Part shown: positions 32,367 to 41,692 of the stretch, piece after piece
How the letters are laid out: each line of letters opens with the position of its first letter
How positions within the stretch are numbered: position 1 is the first letter of the stretch
Assembly (NCBI GenBank): GCA_963770895.1
Contig: CAVYRF010000002.1
Location: 2,112,001-2,176,000, forward strand
From: an uncultured Acidobacteriota bacterium
GTDB lineage: Bacteria > Acidobacteriota > Thermoanaerobaculia > Multivoradales > UBA5704
Length of the DNA stretch: 64,000 bases
Reading direction: 5' to 3'
Made by a program: the position numbers and the translations under genes
The notes under the pieces: generated by a model
What the model saw: only the letters and a program-made list of their open reading frames with translations
Database searches by the model: none
Told to the model about the DNA's origin: nothing

Positions 32367-32386
32367 ATTGATATCATGATATCAAT
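32367..32386. promoter_or_regulatory. Antitoxin operator palindrome
   Basis: Perfect 20-bp palindrome ATTGATATCATGATATCAAT ending 5 nt before the antitoxin ATG. Confidence 0.75.
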
Positions 32387-32391
32387 CGGCC

Positions 32392-32640
32392 ATGAGCCAG
32401 ATGGTGGTGCGCCGACTCGATGAGGACGTGAAGCTCAAGCTTCAGAAGCGCGCGCGCCTCAACGGCCGCAGCACCGAAGAAGAGGTGCGTGAGATCCTCC
32501 GTGCTGCGGTGAGGGATGAAAGTGGCATGGACGTGCCGCTCGGCTCCCGGGTTGCCGCCCGCTTCGCACGCCTGGGGCTCAGGGAAGTGATTCCCGAGCT
32601 ACGCGGCCAACCCGCGCAACCCGTTGTCTTCGAGCCGTGA
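32392..32640 (+). CDS. FitA-like ribbon-helix-helix antitoxin
   Basis: MSQMVVRRLDEDVKLKLQKRARLNGRSTEEEVREIL; GTGA overlap with the toxin. Confidence 0.9.
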   Translation: MSQMVVRRLDEDVKLKLQKRARLNGRSTEEEVREILRAAVRDESGMDVPLGSRVAARFARLGLREVIPELRGQPAQPVVFEP

Positions 32641-33056
32641 TCATCCTGGACACCAACGTGATCTCGGTGCTGATGCAGAGCGCACCGGATCCGGTCGTCG
32701 TCAGGTGGATCGATGCGCGACCTCCGGCGTCCCTATGGACGACGGCCATCACGGTCTTTGAGGTCCGCCTGGGACTGGAGGTTCTGGCGTCGGGGCGCCG
32801 GCGACGACTGCTGGAGGATGCCTTCGCCGCGACCCTCGAAGAGGACTTCGGAGGGCGAGTGCTCCCCTTCGACCAAGCTGCAGCGCATGCGGCTGGCCGC
32901 ATCGCCGCAGAACGACGACGCCCCGGCCGCACGGTGGAAATCCGTGACGTCCAGATCGCCGGTATCGCCAGTGCGCGAAGCTCTGCCGTCGCCACTCGCA
33001 ATGTGCGCCACTTCGAAGGCCTAGGCTTGGAAATCCTGGATCCCTGGTCAGCGTAA
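32637..33056 (+). CDS. vapC: PIN-domain toxin (VapC/FitB)
   Basis: MIILDTNVIS...DVQIAGIA...ATRNVRHF...LDPW. Confidence 0.93.
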   Translation: MIILDTNVISVLMQSAPDPVVVRWIDARPPASLWTTAITVFEVRLGLEVLASGRRRRLLEDAFAATLEEDFGGRVLPFDQAAAHAAGRIAAERRRPGRTVEIRDVQIAGIASARSSAVATRNVRHFEGLGLEILDPWSA

Positions 33057-33123
33057 TCGCGGCTCCGAGCGCGGCCGGCGGCGCCCGCGAGGGCGGGCGC
33101 CGCGCAAGGCCGGCTGGCTTTGA

Positions 33124-33759
33124 TCAGTGGCCCGGCGTGGGTGAGCCGGCTGGGCAGGCGGCGGCCGGTGGCGGTACGTCGACGCCCTGCTTCTTGAGGT
33201 GCTCGTAGAAGTAGCCGGCGGCGAACTTGTCGTTGGCCGGGGTGGCCGCGGACCAGACCTGGGAGCAGGCGGCCTGGTCGCACTTGCCGCCCAGGGTGCT
33301 CGCGGCGCCGGTGCAGACCGGGCAGGTGCAGGTCGCCCTGTCCCCCTTGGGTCCGTCGACCTTGCATGGCGCGCCGTAGCACCAGGCCCACTTGGTGGAA
33401 TCGCTGGCGCAGGTGAGCGTGCTGTCCTTGACGTCGAAGGCGTTCGAATACGTCGACATGATCGCCATGCCGGGCTTGGGCGGCGTCGTCTGGCTGCGGC
33501 CCTTCACCGTGCACGCCGCCGGCCCCATGGACCAGCCGTTCTCCACGTTGCAGGCGCATTCGACCCGCGTCGGGTCCGACGTCGGACGGCAGAGCGCCTT
33601 GATGCAGAGCGCGTAGTACCCCTGGCAGAATTGAGCGTCACTGGCTCCCATGCTCGCGTTGCACTGCGGCCGGTCCACCGGCCTGTCCGCCGCCAGCGCC
33701 GGTGCGGCCACCAGGCATCCGATCAGCAACGCCAACATACTTCCCTGTCGCATCGTCAT
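33124..33759 (-). CDS. Secreted Cys-rich protein (16 Cys in mature part)
   Basis: GAGG RBS before ATG 33759; signal peptide ending ALA-AD. Confidence 0.8.
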   Translation of the reverse strand: MTMRQGSMLALLIGCLVAAPALAADRPVDRPQCNASMGASDAQFCQGYYALCIKALCRPTSDPTRVECACNVENGWSMGPAACTVKGRSQTTPPKPGMAIMSTYSNAFDVKDSTLTCASDSTKWAWCYGAPCKVDGPKGDRATCTCPVCTGAASTLGGKCDQAACSQVWSAATPANDKFAAGYFYEHLKKQGVDVPPPAAACPAGSPTPGH

Positions 33760-33949
33760 CCTCCCCTCTGGAGAGCGAGGCGGTCGGTACCGCGCGGGGA
33801 TCGCGCGCCCCGGCCCCACTTCGCCTCCGATACAGGTTTTTGTGACGCTAGCATGGATGACACCGCCCGCGCCCGTCCTGCGTCGTGCGTTGCCTTCGTG
33901 CCGGGAGGCGATAGGATTGTCAAGTCGTACCCCACAAGCGGAGAGTCGC

Positions 33950-35650
33950 GTGGTCCCTGAGCAGTCCCTGTACCGCCTGTACGTCGTCCCCGCGGCCGGC
34001 GCTCCGTTCGAGCGGGCGCTCGACGGCGAATCGCTGGTCGTCGGGCGCGCCGCCTCCGCCGACCTGGTGATCGAGGACCTGTTCCTCTCGCGCCACCACT
34101 CGCGCTTCTTCCGCCGCGGCGACCGGCTGTTCGTCGAGGACCTGGGCTCGCGCAACGGTACCCTGGTCAACGGCCGCGCCATCGCCGAGCCTACCGAGGT
34201 GCGGCCCGGCGACGCGGTGCAGATCTCCGGCAGCGTCCTCACCGTGGCGCGTCCGCTGCCTGCCTCCGGCGCCGCCGGAGGCTTCGCGGGAAGCGACCTC
34301 GGCGGCGACTTTCCCGAGGGCGACGGCACGGTGATGATGGGACGCGACGCGGCGGCGATCTTCCGCCCGGCGGCCCAGCTCCTCGACAGCGCCCCGACGG
34401 CGGTGCACTACGCCGAGCAGCTCAAGATCCTCAACGAGGTCCATCACGCCCTGAGCCGGCCCATCCATCAGCGGGCGCTGCTCGACCTGATCCTGGACCG
34501 GGTGTTCGATCACCTGCGCCCGGAACAGGGGGTGATCTACCTGAAGGGCGCCGACGGCGGCCTCCACCCGCAGGCCAGCCGCTCGGTCGACGACGCCCAG
34601 GACCAGCTGCTGGCCTCGCGCAGCCTGGCGCGCGAGGTCGCCGGCCGCGGCCTGGCGGCGCTGGTGCTCGACGCCCAGACCGACGCCCGCTTCGCCGGCG
34701 CCCAGAGCATCACCCTCTCCGGCGTGCGCAGCCTGCTCGCCGCGCCGCTGCTCGAAAGCGGCGCCGGCGGCACCCTCGGCATGATCGTCCTGGGCTCCAA
34801 GATCACCGTGCGCCAGTTCACCGAGGCCGACATGGAGCTGCTCGTTTCGCTCGCCTCGGTCGCCGCCCTCTACCTGCGCAACCTCGCCTTGGCCGAGGAG
34901 GCCGCCGAGCGCCGCCGTCTGGCCGACGAGCTCGAGCTGGCGCGCCAGATCCAGCTGGCCCTGCTGCCGACGCAGCTCCCCACCCTGCCCGGCTACGACC
35001 TGCACGCCGGCAATCAGCCCTCGCGCGGCGTCTCGGGCGACTTCTACGCCGTCACGCCGCGCCGCGACGGCGCCGAGTGCGTCGTCGTCATCGCCGACGT
35101 CTCGGGCAAGGGCATGGCCGCCTCCCTGCTCACCGCCAGCCTGGAAGCGTTCGCCGCCGGCCCCATCGAGGACGGCCTGGGGGCCGAGGAGATCTGCGCC
35201 CGCCTTTCGCGGCTGCTCTTCCGCCGCACGCCGCCCGCCAAATACGCCACCGCCTTTGTCGGCGTCCTGGACCTGGCGACCGGTGCCTGCCGCTACGCCA
35301 ACGCCGGCCACAACCCGCCGCTGCTGGTCCGCGCCGGCGGCGACGTCGAGCCCCTGGCCGCCACCGGCGTCCCCATCGCTCTGCTCGCCACGGCCGACTA
35401 CACCGCCGCCACCGTCACCCTCGCCCCCGGCGACACGCTCGTCCTCTACACCGACGGCATCGTCGAGGCCACCGACCCCGACGACCAGGAGTACGGCGAC
35501 CAGCGTCTCACCGACCTGGTCCGCCGCCACCGCGCCGACGCCTGCCCCGCCCTCGCCGACGCTCTGGAAGCCGACCTGGAAGCCTTCGTCCGCGGCACCC
35601 CTTTCGCCGACGACCGCACCCTCATCTTGCTACGCCGCTTCCCTGGCTGA
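33950..35650 (+). CDS. FHA-GAF-SpoIIE (PP2C) protein phosphatase
   Basis: VGR...SRHHSR...DLGSRNGT FHA; GAF; SGDFY, ADVSGKG, NAGHNPP, YTDG, DDRT. Confidence 0.93.
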   Translation: MVPEQSLYRLYVVPAAGAPFERALDGESLVVGRAASADLVIEDLFLSRHHSRFFRRGDRLFVEDLGSRNGTLVNGRAIAEPTEVRPGDAVQISGSVLTVARPLPASGAAGGFAGSDLGGDFPEGDGTVMMGRDAAAIFRPAAQLLDSAPTAVHYAEQLKILNEVHHALSRPIHQRALLDLILDRVFDHLRPEQGVIYLKGADGGLHPQASRSVDDAQDQLLASRSLAREVAGRGLAALVLDAQTDARFAGAQSITLSGVRSLLAAPLLESGAGGTLGMIVLGSKITVRQFTEADMELLVSLASVAALYLRNLALAEEAAERRRLADELELARQIQLALLPTQLPTLPGYDLHAGNQPSRGVSGDFYAVTPRRDGAECVVVIADVSGKGMAASLLTASLEAFAAGPIEDGLGAEEICARLSRLLFRRTPPAKYATAFVGVLDLATGACRYANAGHNPPLLVRAGGDVEPLAATGVPIALLATADYTAATVTLAPGDTLVLYTDGIVEATDPDDQEYGDQRLTDLVRRHRADACPALADALEADLEAFVRGTPFADDRTLILLRRFPG

Positions 35651-35667
35651 GTGCCACCGGCGCCGCT

Positions 35668-36516
35668 TCATCGAGCCTCCTCTCCCGGCCAGCCGAAGCT
35701 GTAGCGCAGCACGTCGGCGACCGCGCGATAGCCGATCCGACGGTAGACCGAGTTCGACGTCGGGTTGATCAGCTCGGTGTAGAGGATGCAGCGAACACCC
35801 TGCGCTCTGAGGGCCTGCGACAGGTGCCCGACGCAGGCGCCCGCATAGCCCTGGCCGCGTGCGCCAGGCGGCGTGTAGACGAACTGAATGCGCACCGTCC
35901 CGGCGACCGGCGTGGAATGGGTGGCCATCGAAACCGGGGTGCCGTCGACGTCCCACATCCAGAAGCGGCCGTCCGAAAGCCTGCGATCGACCACCACTGC
36001 CGGCGCATCGCCCAACTCGTCGACCTCGAGGGCGAAGGCCTGGGTCCAGGCAACCAACCGGTCGCGGTCGTCCAGGCCTGCCCGCCGCAGGCATCCGGCC
36101 ACGCCGTCGCGCAGACGCACCGTGGGGCAGTGATAGAGGCGCAGGCCGCTCACCGGCCGCGCCGGCACCTTGCGGCGCTCCGCCCACTGGCCGGCGAAGC
36201 GGGCCGACGTCGCCGCATCGGCATTGACTCCGGGCACGGCGATCTTCGCCTCAGCGACTGCGTCGGCCAGCGCCTCCACCGATTCGTCATCCATCGGGGT
36301 GAGCAGCAGCGGAAAGTCGAGCGGCGACTGAAAGGCCACGCCGGTCACCATGGCGCCGTTGCGCACCACCCAATAGCGCCCCGGCTCGCTGCCTGCCGCG
36401 CGCTCCTGCAGCAGGCTCAGCACCAGGTTGTGCAGCACCGGCTCGGAGGTCAGGTAGCCGTCCGCCGCGGCCAGCACCTGACCGGCGTCCGCGCTCATCG
36501 TCACATTCAAGCTCAT
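35668..36516 (-). CDS. GNAT family acetyltransferase
   Basis: VYTPPGARGQGYA, LYTELINPTSNSVYRRIGY. Confidence 0.9.
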   Translation of the reverse strand: MSLNVTMSADAGQVLAAADGYLTSEPVLHNLVLSLLQERAAGSEPGRYWVVRNGAMVTGVAFQSPLDFPLLLTPMDDESVEALADAVAEAKIAVPGVNADAATSARFAGQWAERRKVPARPVSGLRLYHCPTVRLRDGVAGCLRRAGLDDRDRLVAWTQAFALEVDELGDAPAVVVDRRLSDGRFWMWDVDGTPVSMATHSTPVAGTVRIQFVYTPPGARGQGYAGACVGHLSQALRAQGVRCILYTELINPTSNSVYRRIGYRAVADVLRYSFGWPGEEAR

Positions 36517-36907
36517 CCCCTGATTCTAACGGCGGTCAGGCACCGGCCCAACTGCAGATCGAGCTCCAGCTCTTTGGTACGGCGTTCACGGGGACTGCCA
36601 ACCTGACGAGCGATTTCCTGCCCGCGGAAACGGTGGCGAGTGTCGCCTCGGAGAACCTGTCGGACGGCGGTGACGTTGCTCTTCGGGCAGACCTCCGTTG
36701 CCAGTGTGCATCTGTTTCTTCATGCCAGTGGTTACTTCGAATGTAGCGATGCAAAACGATTTTCTCGGCAAATCCGCGCCGTCGCGGCCTCGCCGATCTG
36801 CTCGGTGCGCCCGGCGCTCAGGAAGCGCATCGCACGAATGCCATAGGTCGATAAGCTTGTGACCTTCGTGGTGAACCTCTATGGTGGATGCAAAAGGAGG
36901 ATCACGC

Positions 36908-37747
36908 GTGCGAAAAATTATTGTTTTCCTGTCCGGAGTGTGTCTGTGTGCAGCGATTGCCGCCGATCGCGCGGCGGCATCTCCAGCCGAAGCCATCCGC
37001 CAGGCGGTGGCCGCAGCGCATCTCAAGCGCGACGGCGCCAAGCCGGAGGCTTGCAGCTTTCTGTCGATCGGCTGCAATCAAACAGTCAACGCGGCGCTTG
37101 GCTCGTCCGGCTGCGCTCTCAGCGACGGCCAGCTGTCGGACCTCTATGCCTTCAATGGCATCACCGGCACCACGGTGACCGCCACGCTCACCAGCGCCGA
37201 TTTCCCACCTTTCCTTGATCTGCTCGATCCGTCGGACAACAGCGCGGGCGACGATGGCGAACCCGTCGTGGCAACGGTGAGCGGAACCCTCTACGCCACT
37301 GGCCAGTGGGTGCTCGGCGTGACCAACTTCAACGAGTTTCTGCAGACGGGCAACTACACCCTGTCGTTGCAGTGCTCGAGCGGCGGAGGCGCCGGCGCCT
37401 GCTCGGCGGACGGCAACACCCTCTGCCTCAACTCCAACCGCTTCAAGGTGACCGCCACCTACAACGCCGGCGCGAGCGGCTCGGGCCAGGCGCATGCCGT
37501 GTCGATGACCGATGACACCGGCTACCTCTGGTTCTTCGCGTCGAACAACGTCGAAACCGTGATCAAGCTCATCGACGGCTGCGGCACCGGCGGCCACTAC
37601 TGGGTCTTCGCCGGCGGGCTCACCAACGTCAATGTCGTGATCACCGTCACCGACACCCAGACAGGCGCCATGAGGACTTACTCCAACCCTCAAGGCACGG
37701 TATTTCAGCCTATCCAGGACACCGCCGCCTTCGCCAGCTGTCCCTGA
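36908..37747 (+). CDS. Secreted protein with PPC-like domain and a LCLN..RF / WFF..NVE..K..DGC / YWVFAGGLTNV C-terminal domain
   Basis: AAGGAGG RBS, GTG start, signal peptide; C-terminal domain recalled as frequent in Thermoanaerobaculia secreted proteins. Confidence 0.82.
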   Translation: MRKIIVFLSGVCLCAAIAADRAAASPAEAIRQAVAAAHLKRDGAKPEACSFLSIGCNQTVNAALGSSGCALSDGQLSDLYAFNGITGTTVTATLTSADFPPFLDLLDPSDNSAGDDGEPVVATVSGTLYATGQWVLGVTNFNEFLQTGNYTLSLQCSSGGGAGACSADGNTLCLNSNRFKVTATYNAGASGSGQAHAVSMTDDTGYLWFFASNNVETVIKLIDGCGTGGHYWVFAGGLTNVNVVITVTDTQTGAMRTYSNPQGTVFQPIQDTAAFASCP

Positions 37748-37845
37748 AGCGGCAGCCGCAGCAGCGGCAGAGTCCGCGCCCGGCCGGCCCGCGTTCGCCG
37801 CGGACCGGCCGGGGCAGCCTCCGGCGTGCTAACTCTCAAGATCTA

Positions 37846-37982
37846 TATAATCTAGACAGCAATTGCTATAAGATAGACTTGTGGCTTAGGCGCAAGCTTT
37901 GGATGATGGCCGAGGTTTCTCCTAAAGGCAGCCGAAGCAACAAGGAAACGCAAGCGCCGTCACCTTCCTTGAAGGAGGGAAC
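37846..37982 (+). promoter_or_regulatory. -10 box and structured 5' leader of the GMC oxidoreductase (riboswitch candidate)
   Basis: TATAAT at 37846-37851; two stems; anti-SD CCTTCCTT adjacent to GAAGGAGG. Confidence 0.4.
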
Positions 37983-39482
37983 ATGACGACAAAGGGATAT
38001 GGGGTGATTGTCATTGGCGCCGGCTCGGCCGGCAGTGTGCTGGTGGGAGAGTTGGCGGCGGCCAGGGCCAGCGTCCTGTTGTTGGAGGCCGGCGGCCCGA
38101 TCGAGGCGTACCCGCAGATCTGGGACCCCAATCAGATCAACTGCCTCTACGACATCTCGGCGATTCACTGGGGATACAAGACCACTCCCCAGGTCAACCT
38201 GGACCAGCGTGTGCTCGACGAGTGGCGGGCCAAGGTGATGGGCGGCTGCAGCTCCCACAACGACATGGTCTATACGCGGGGCGCCCGCGGCGACTTCGAC
38301 GCCTGGGCAAACACCTACGGATGCCCAGGCTGGGACTACGATTCCGTGGCGCCTTCCTTCGACGCCGTCGAAAAGCGGCTCAGGCCCAGGACGACGCAGA
38401 TCAACGGCTTTGGCAAAGCGTTCATCGACACCTGCGTCGACCTGGGGATTCCGTTCAACCCCGACTACAACTCCGGCGGCAGCATGCGCGGAGTGAGCCT
38501 GCTCCAATCGACGATCGAATACAAAGAGGGCTATCAAGCCCCGCGCCGGGTGACCAGCTTCGATCGCTACGTCAAGCCGGTGATGGACGCGCCGAACGTC
38601 ACGGTCGTCGGCGGGGCGCTGGTGACCCGAGTGATCATCGACGCGAAAGGCCGCGCGACCGGCGTCGAGTACGTGGTCGATGGGCGCTCCGAGATTGCCT
38701 CGGCCGGCGAGGTCGTGCTGTGCGCTGGGGCGATCAACAGCCCCAAGATCCTGATGCTGTCCGGCGTCGGCGATCCCAAGGAGCTGGCTCGGACAGGGAT
38801 CCCCGTCGTTGCCGAGATCCCGGCCGTCGGGACCAACATGCAGAACGCGATCATCTTCCTGGCCAACTGGAAGTCCGCTCAGCCGATCAAGGGCCAGCCG
38901 GTCAACGAGGGATGCGCGATCGTGTGGGACAACATGATCGACGACGATCAGCCCATGACCTGCCTCGAAATGATGTGCGGCCAATATACCTGCGATCAGT
39001 CGCCCGCCGAGCTCGAAGGTTTCTATAGCGTCAGCGGCGGCGCCATGCGCCTTCTCAGCAAGGGTTCTGTCACCTTGGCTTCGAACGACCCTGCCGTGGC
39101 GCCGATCATCGATCCCCGTCTCCTCTCGGTGCAGGAAGACTACGATCAGTGCCTGGCCGCGTACTCCCTCATGCTCAAGGTCGGCAACGCTCCCGGCCTC
39201 GCGGACTGGCGCGCCGGGCAGGTCAATCCCGCGCCGGGGACCAAGCCCGCCGATTGGTTGCTGAGCAACATCTACAGCTACAGCCATCCGGTGGGGACCT
39301 GCGCCATGGGGTCGGGGCCGGCGGCGGTCGTCGATCCGGCGACCCTCACCGTGCACGGTCTATCTGGTTTGCGGGTCGCCGACGTTTCGATCATGCCCCG
39401 CATCACCTCCGGCCACACCCAGGGGCCGGCGTTCATGATCGGCCACCGGGCCGCCAGGATGATCCTGGGGCACTCGGGATAA
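37983..39482 (+). CDS. GMC family oxidoreductase (choline dehydrogenase-like)
   Basis: GAGSAG, GGCSSHN, GAINSPKILMLSGVG, HPVGTCAMG, ADVSIMP. Confidence 0.93.
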   Translation: MTTKGYGVIVIGAGSAGSVLVGELAAARASVLLLEAGGPIEAYPQIWDPNQINCLYDISAIHWGYKTTPQVNLDQRVLDEWRAKVMGGCSSHNDMVYTRGARGDFDAWANTYGCPGWDYDSVAPSFDAVEKRLRPRTTQINGFGKAFIDTCVDLGIPFNPDYNSGGSMRGVSLLQSTIEYKEGYQAPRRVTSFDRYVKPVMDAPNVTVVGGALVTRVIIDAKGRATGVEYVVDGRSEIASAGEVVLCAGAINSPKILMLSGVGDPKELARTGIPVVAEIPAVGTNMQNAIIFLANWKSAQPIKGQPVNEGCAIVWDNMIDDDQPMTCLEMMCGQYTCDQSPAELEGFYSVSGGAMRLLSKGSVTLASNDPAVAPIIDPRLLSVQEDYDQCLAAYSLMLKVGNAPGLADWRAGQVNPAPGTKPADWLLSNIYSYSHPVGTCAMGSGPAAVVDPATLTVHGLSGLRVADVSIMPRITSGHTQGPAFMIGHRAARMILGHSG

Positions 39483-39499
39483 GGCGCCGGGTCCTATGT

Positions 39500-41233
39500 T
39501 CACCTGCTGGCTGGAGGGTCGAGCCACTGCCCGGCAGGCAGATTCAAGGTGCAGACGTGGGACAGTCCGTGGGCGGCGGTCCAGCGGTCCACCAGATCGG
39601 GATATTGGGGGGCCTGGGGGTTTTCCAGGTGCCAGCCGGGAGGGGTGAAGCCGCTGTAGCCGTTGACCGTGGGCAGCGTCAGGCGCTCGGCGATCAGCAT
39701 GGCGTCAATCTGCAGCGCGATGGGGCTGGTCGGCCGGAGCGGCGAAGACTGGCGAATCGCAAAGCTCTGGCAGCGCGGGCCCGGGCTGGGAATCGACGCC
39801 AGGCGTGCCAGCTCCTGCTGGCGATGGACGCCATGGGTCCGGGTCAGGTTGACCTCCTCGAAGGCCAGCCAGGCGCTGACCGCGACGATCGCGGCAAGGG
39901 CCAGGCGCCGGCGCGGCTCGCTGCTCCAGGCTGCGCGCGCGGTGATTGTTTCCCAGGCCGTGGAGAGCGCGGCGATCACGACCACCACCATGGCCAGGCT
40001 CAGCTGATATTGAAAGCGGAAGGTCTGACGGATTGCGACGGCGCCGGGCACGATGCGCCAGACCAGGTACCAGAGCGAACCGCTCTGGGTTCGGCAGAGC
40101 AGAGCCCAGGCCGCGAAGATCGACGCCGCGGTCGAGGCCAGCAGCACCGCGCGCAGCTCGCCGCGCCGGCGCGCCAGCCGCTGAGCGCCGGAACAGAGCA
40201 GCACGCAGCTGGCGGCGAAGGCGATGAGCAGGCCGGGCGGCAGGCCGTAATCCCAGCCCACGTTGGCATACCTTGGGTCCAGGCGGCGCATCAGCCAACC
40301 CCAGGCGACGTTGCGAGTGCTGACGTTGAAAAGGTCGCCGAAGGTCATGGCGTTGCGTGTCACCTCGGCGTACGATCGCGCCTGGCCGGCGGCGATGGCC
40401 GGCCCGTAGGTGACGATGAAGGGCGCCAGCGCCAGCGCGGCCGCGGCTCCCAGGTAGAGAATCGATCGCCAGCTGCTGGCGACCAAGGCCAGGTAGCGTG
40501 AGGCCATCCGCCATTGGATCGACACGGCGATGGCTGCCGCGATGGCGGTGAAGAAGAGCAAGAACCAGCCGGTGTAGAAGTCGGAAAAGAGAATCAATGA
40601 AAAGAGGGCGCCGGCCGCGCTCAACCAGGCAGGCGCGCTTGCGGCGCGGCCCGCTCCGGCCTTGGCGCCCTTGACCAGGCACAATAAGAACAGGGGCACC
40701 AGCATGATGGTGTAGGCCTGCGGCAGCACCCGCGAATGCAGCAGGTTGGAAAAAACGCAGAGCAGGGCGCCGAGGATGGCGAAGCCGCGGCCAAAGCCGA
40801 AATTGCGGAGCAGCCCGATCGTCGAGGCATAGCCGACTTGCGTCAGCAGCCAGAGCGTCAGCTCGAACGCGACGTACGGATCGCAGCCAGTGAAGCGGAG
40901 CGCCGAGTACGGCAGCGATTGCAGGAAAAAAGTGGCGGAGTATGCCAGGACGTGCTGGACAGGAAAGAAGAAGGGCGGCGACAGCCAGTCGTCCAGGCCG
41001 CGATAGACGTTGTGCCAGTGTTCCAATAGCGCCAGGGTCAACCGGGCATCGCCGAAGTCGCCGGCGATGAGCTCGCCGCGGGAGACGATGAACTCGCCAA
41101 AACAGAGGCCGCTTGCCACCAGGCTGACAACCACTGCCGCGGCGTAGAAGCCGCCGGTGGACCACTCCCGGCCGCCGCGCTCGCCGCGAAGACACTGGCC
41201 GCCGCGGCCCTGTTCCGACCGACGCTTCGCCAT
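39500..41233 (-). CDS. Polytopic membrane protein, putative GT-C-type glycosyltransferase
   Basis: Many TM helices; GDFGDARL, PPFFFP, PTVNGYSGFTP; GAGGAG RBS. Confidence 0.75.
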   Translation of the reverse strand: MAKRRSEQGRGGQCLRGERGGREWSTGGFYAAAVVVSLVASGLCFGEFIVSRGELIAGDFGDARLTLALLEHWHNVYRGLDDWLSPPFFFPVQHVLAYSATFFLQSLPYSALRFTGCDPYVAFELTLWLLTQVGYASTIGLLRNFGFGRGFAILGALLCVFSNLLHSRVLPQAYTIMLVPLFLLCLVKGAKAGAGRAASAPAWLSAAGALFSLILFSDFYTGWFLLFFTAIAAAIAVSIQWRMASRYLALVASSWRSILYLGAAAALALAPFIVTYGPAIAAGQARSYAEVTRNAMTFGDLFNVSTRNVAWGWLMRRLDPRYANVGWDYGLPPGLLIAFAASCVLLCSGAQRLARRRGELRAVLLASTAASIFAAWALLCRTQSGSLWYLVWRIVPGAVAIRQTFRFQYQLSLAMVVVVIAALSTAWETITARAAWSSEPRRRLALAAIVAVSAWLAFEEVNLTRTHGVHRQQELARLASIPSPGPRCQSFAIRQSSPLRPTSPIALQIDAMLIAERLTLPTVNGYSGFTPPGWHLENPQAPQYPDLVDRWTAAHGLSHVCTLNLPAGQWLDPPASR

Positions 41234-41423
41234 CCAGGGTTCTCCTCAGTCCAGGTCCGCGCGAATCGCCAGGGGAGTATATTCGCGGCCGCTCTGGACG
41301 GCGCGCTTCTGGCGCGTTGATGGAGCCGCGAGGCACAGGTATAGAGGATGGACTGCCGCTGTGCCGCGCAGATCCGCGCGGCGGCGGGCGCCCTGAAAAC
41401 GGCCTCGACCATGGAGACGTGAG

Positions 41424-41597
41424 ATGAAAAAGAACGTCAGGAAGCTCCAGCTCAATCGCGAGACCCTGCACTTCCTCAGGTTCACGGACGTGACCGGCGG
41501 CGCCACCGCGACGGTCTGCTCCAGGATTTGCGGCGTCACCGACGGCGGCGGCGGCGTTTGCACAGGAGCCCATTGCACAGGAGCCGATTGCAACTAG
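41424..41597 (+). CDS. Lanthipeptide-type RiPP precursor, 57 aa: MKKNVRKLQLNRETLHFLRFTDVTGG-ATATVCSRICGVTDGGGGVCTGAHCTGADCN
   Basis: GGAG RBS; LxLxRx5L leader; double-Gly; core with 5 Cys and 6 Ser/Thr. Confidence 0.85.
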   Translation: MKKNVRKLQLNRETLHFLRFTDVTGGATATVCSRICGVTDGGGGVCTGAHCTGADCN

Positions 41598-41692
41598 CAG
41601 AGGATGTCGGGTGAACCACGGCGACGGCGGTGAAAGCCGCCGCCGCCGCGCCCCGAGGTCCCACCGCCGTTGCCCTGCAACGAGCGCCCGTC

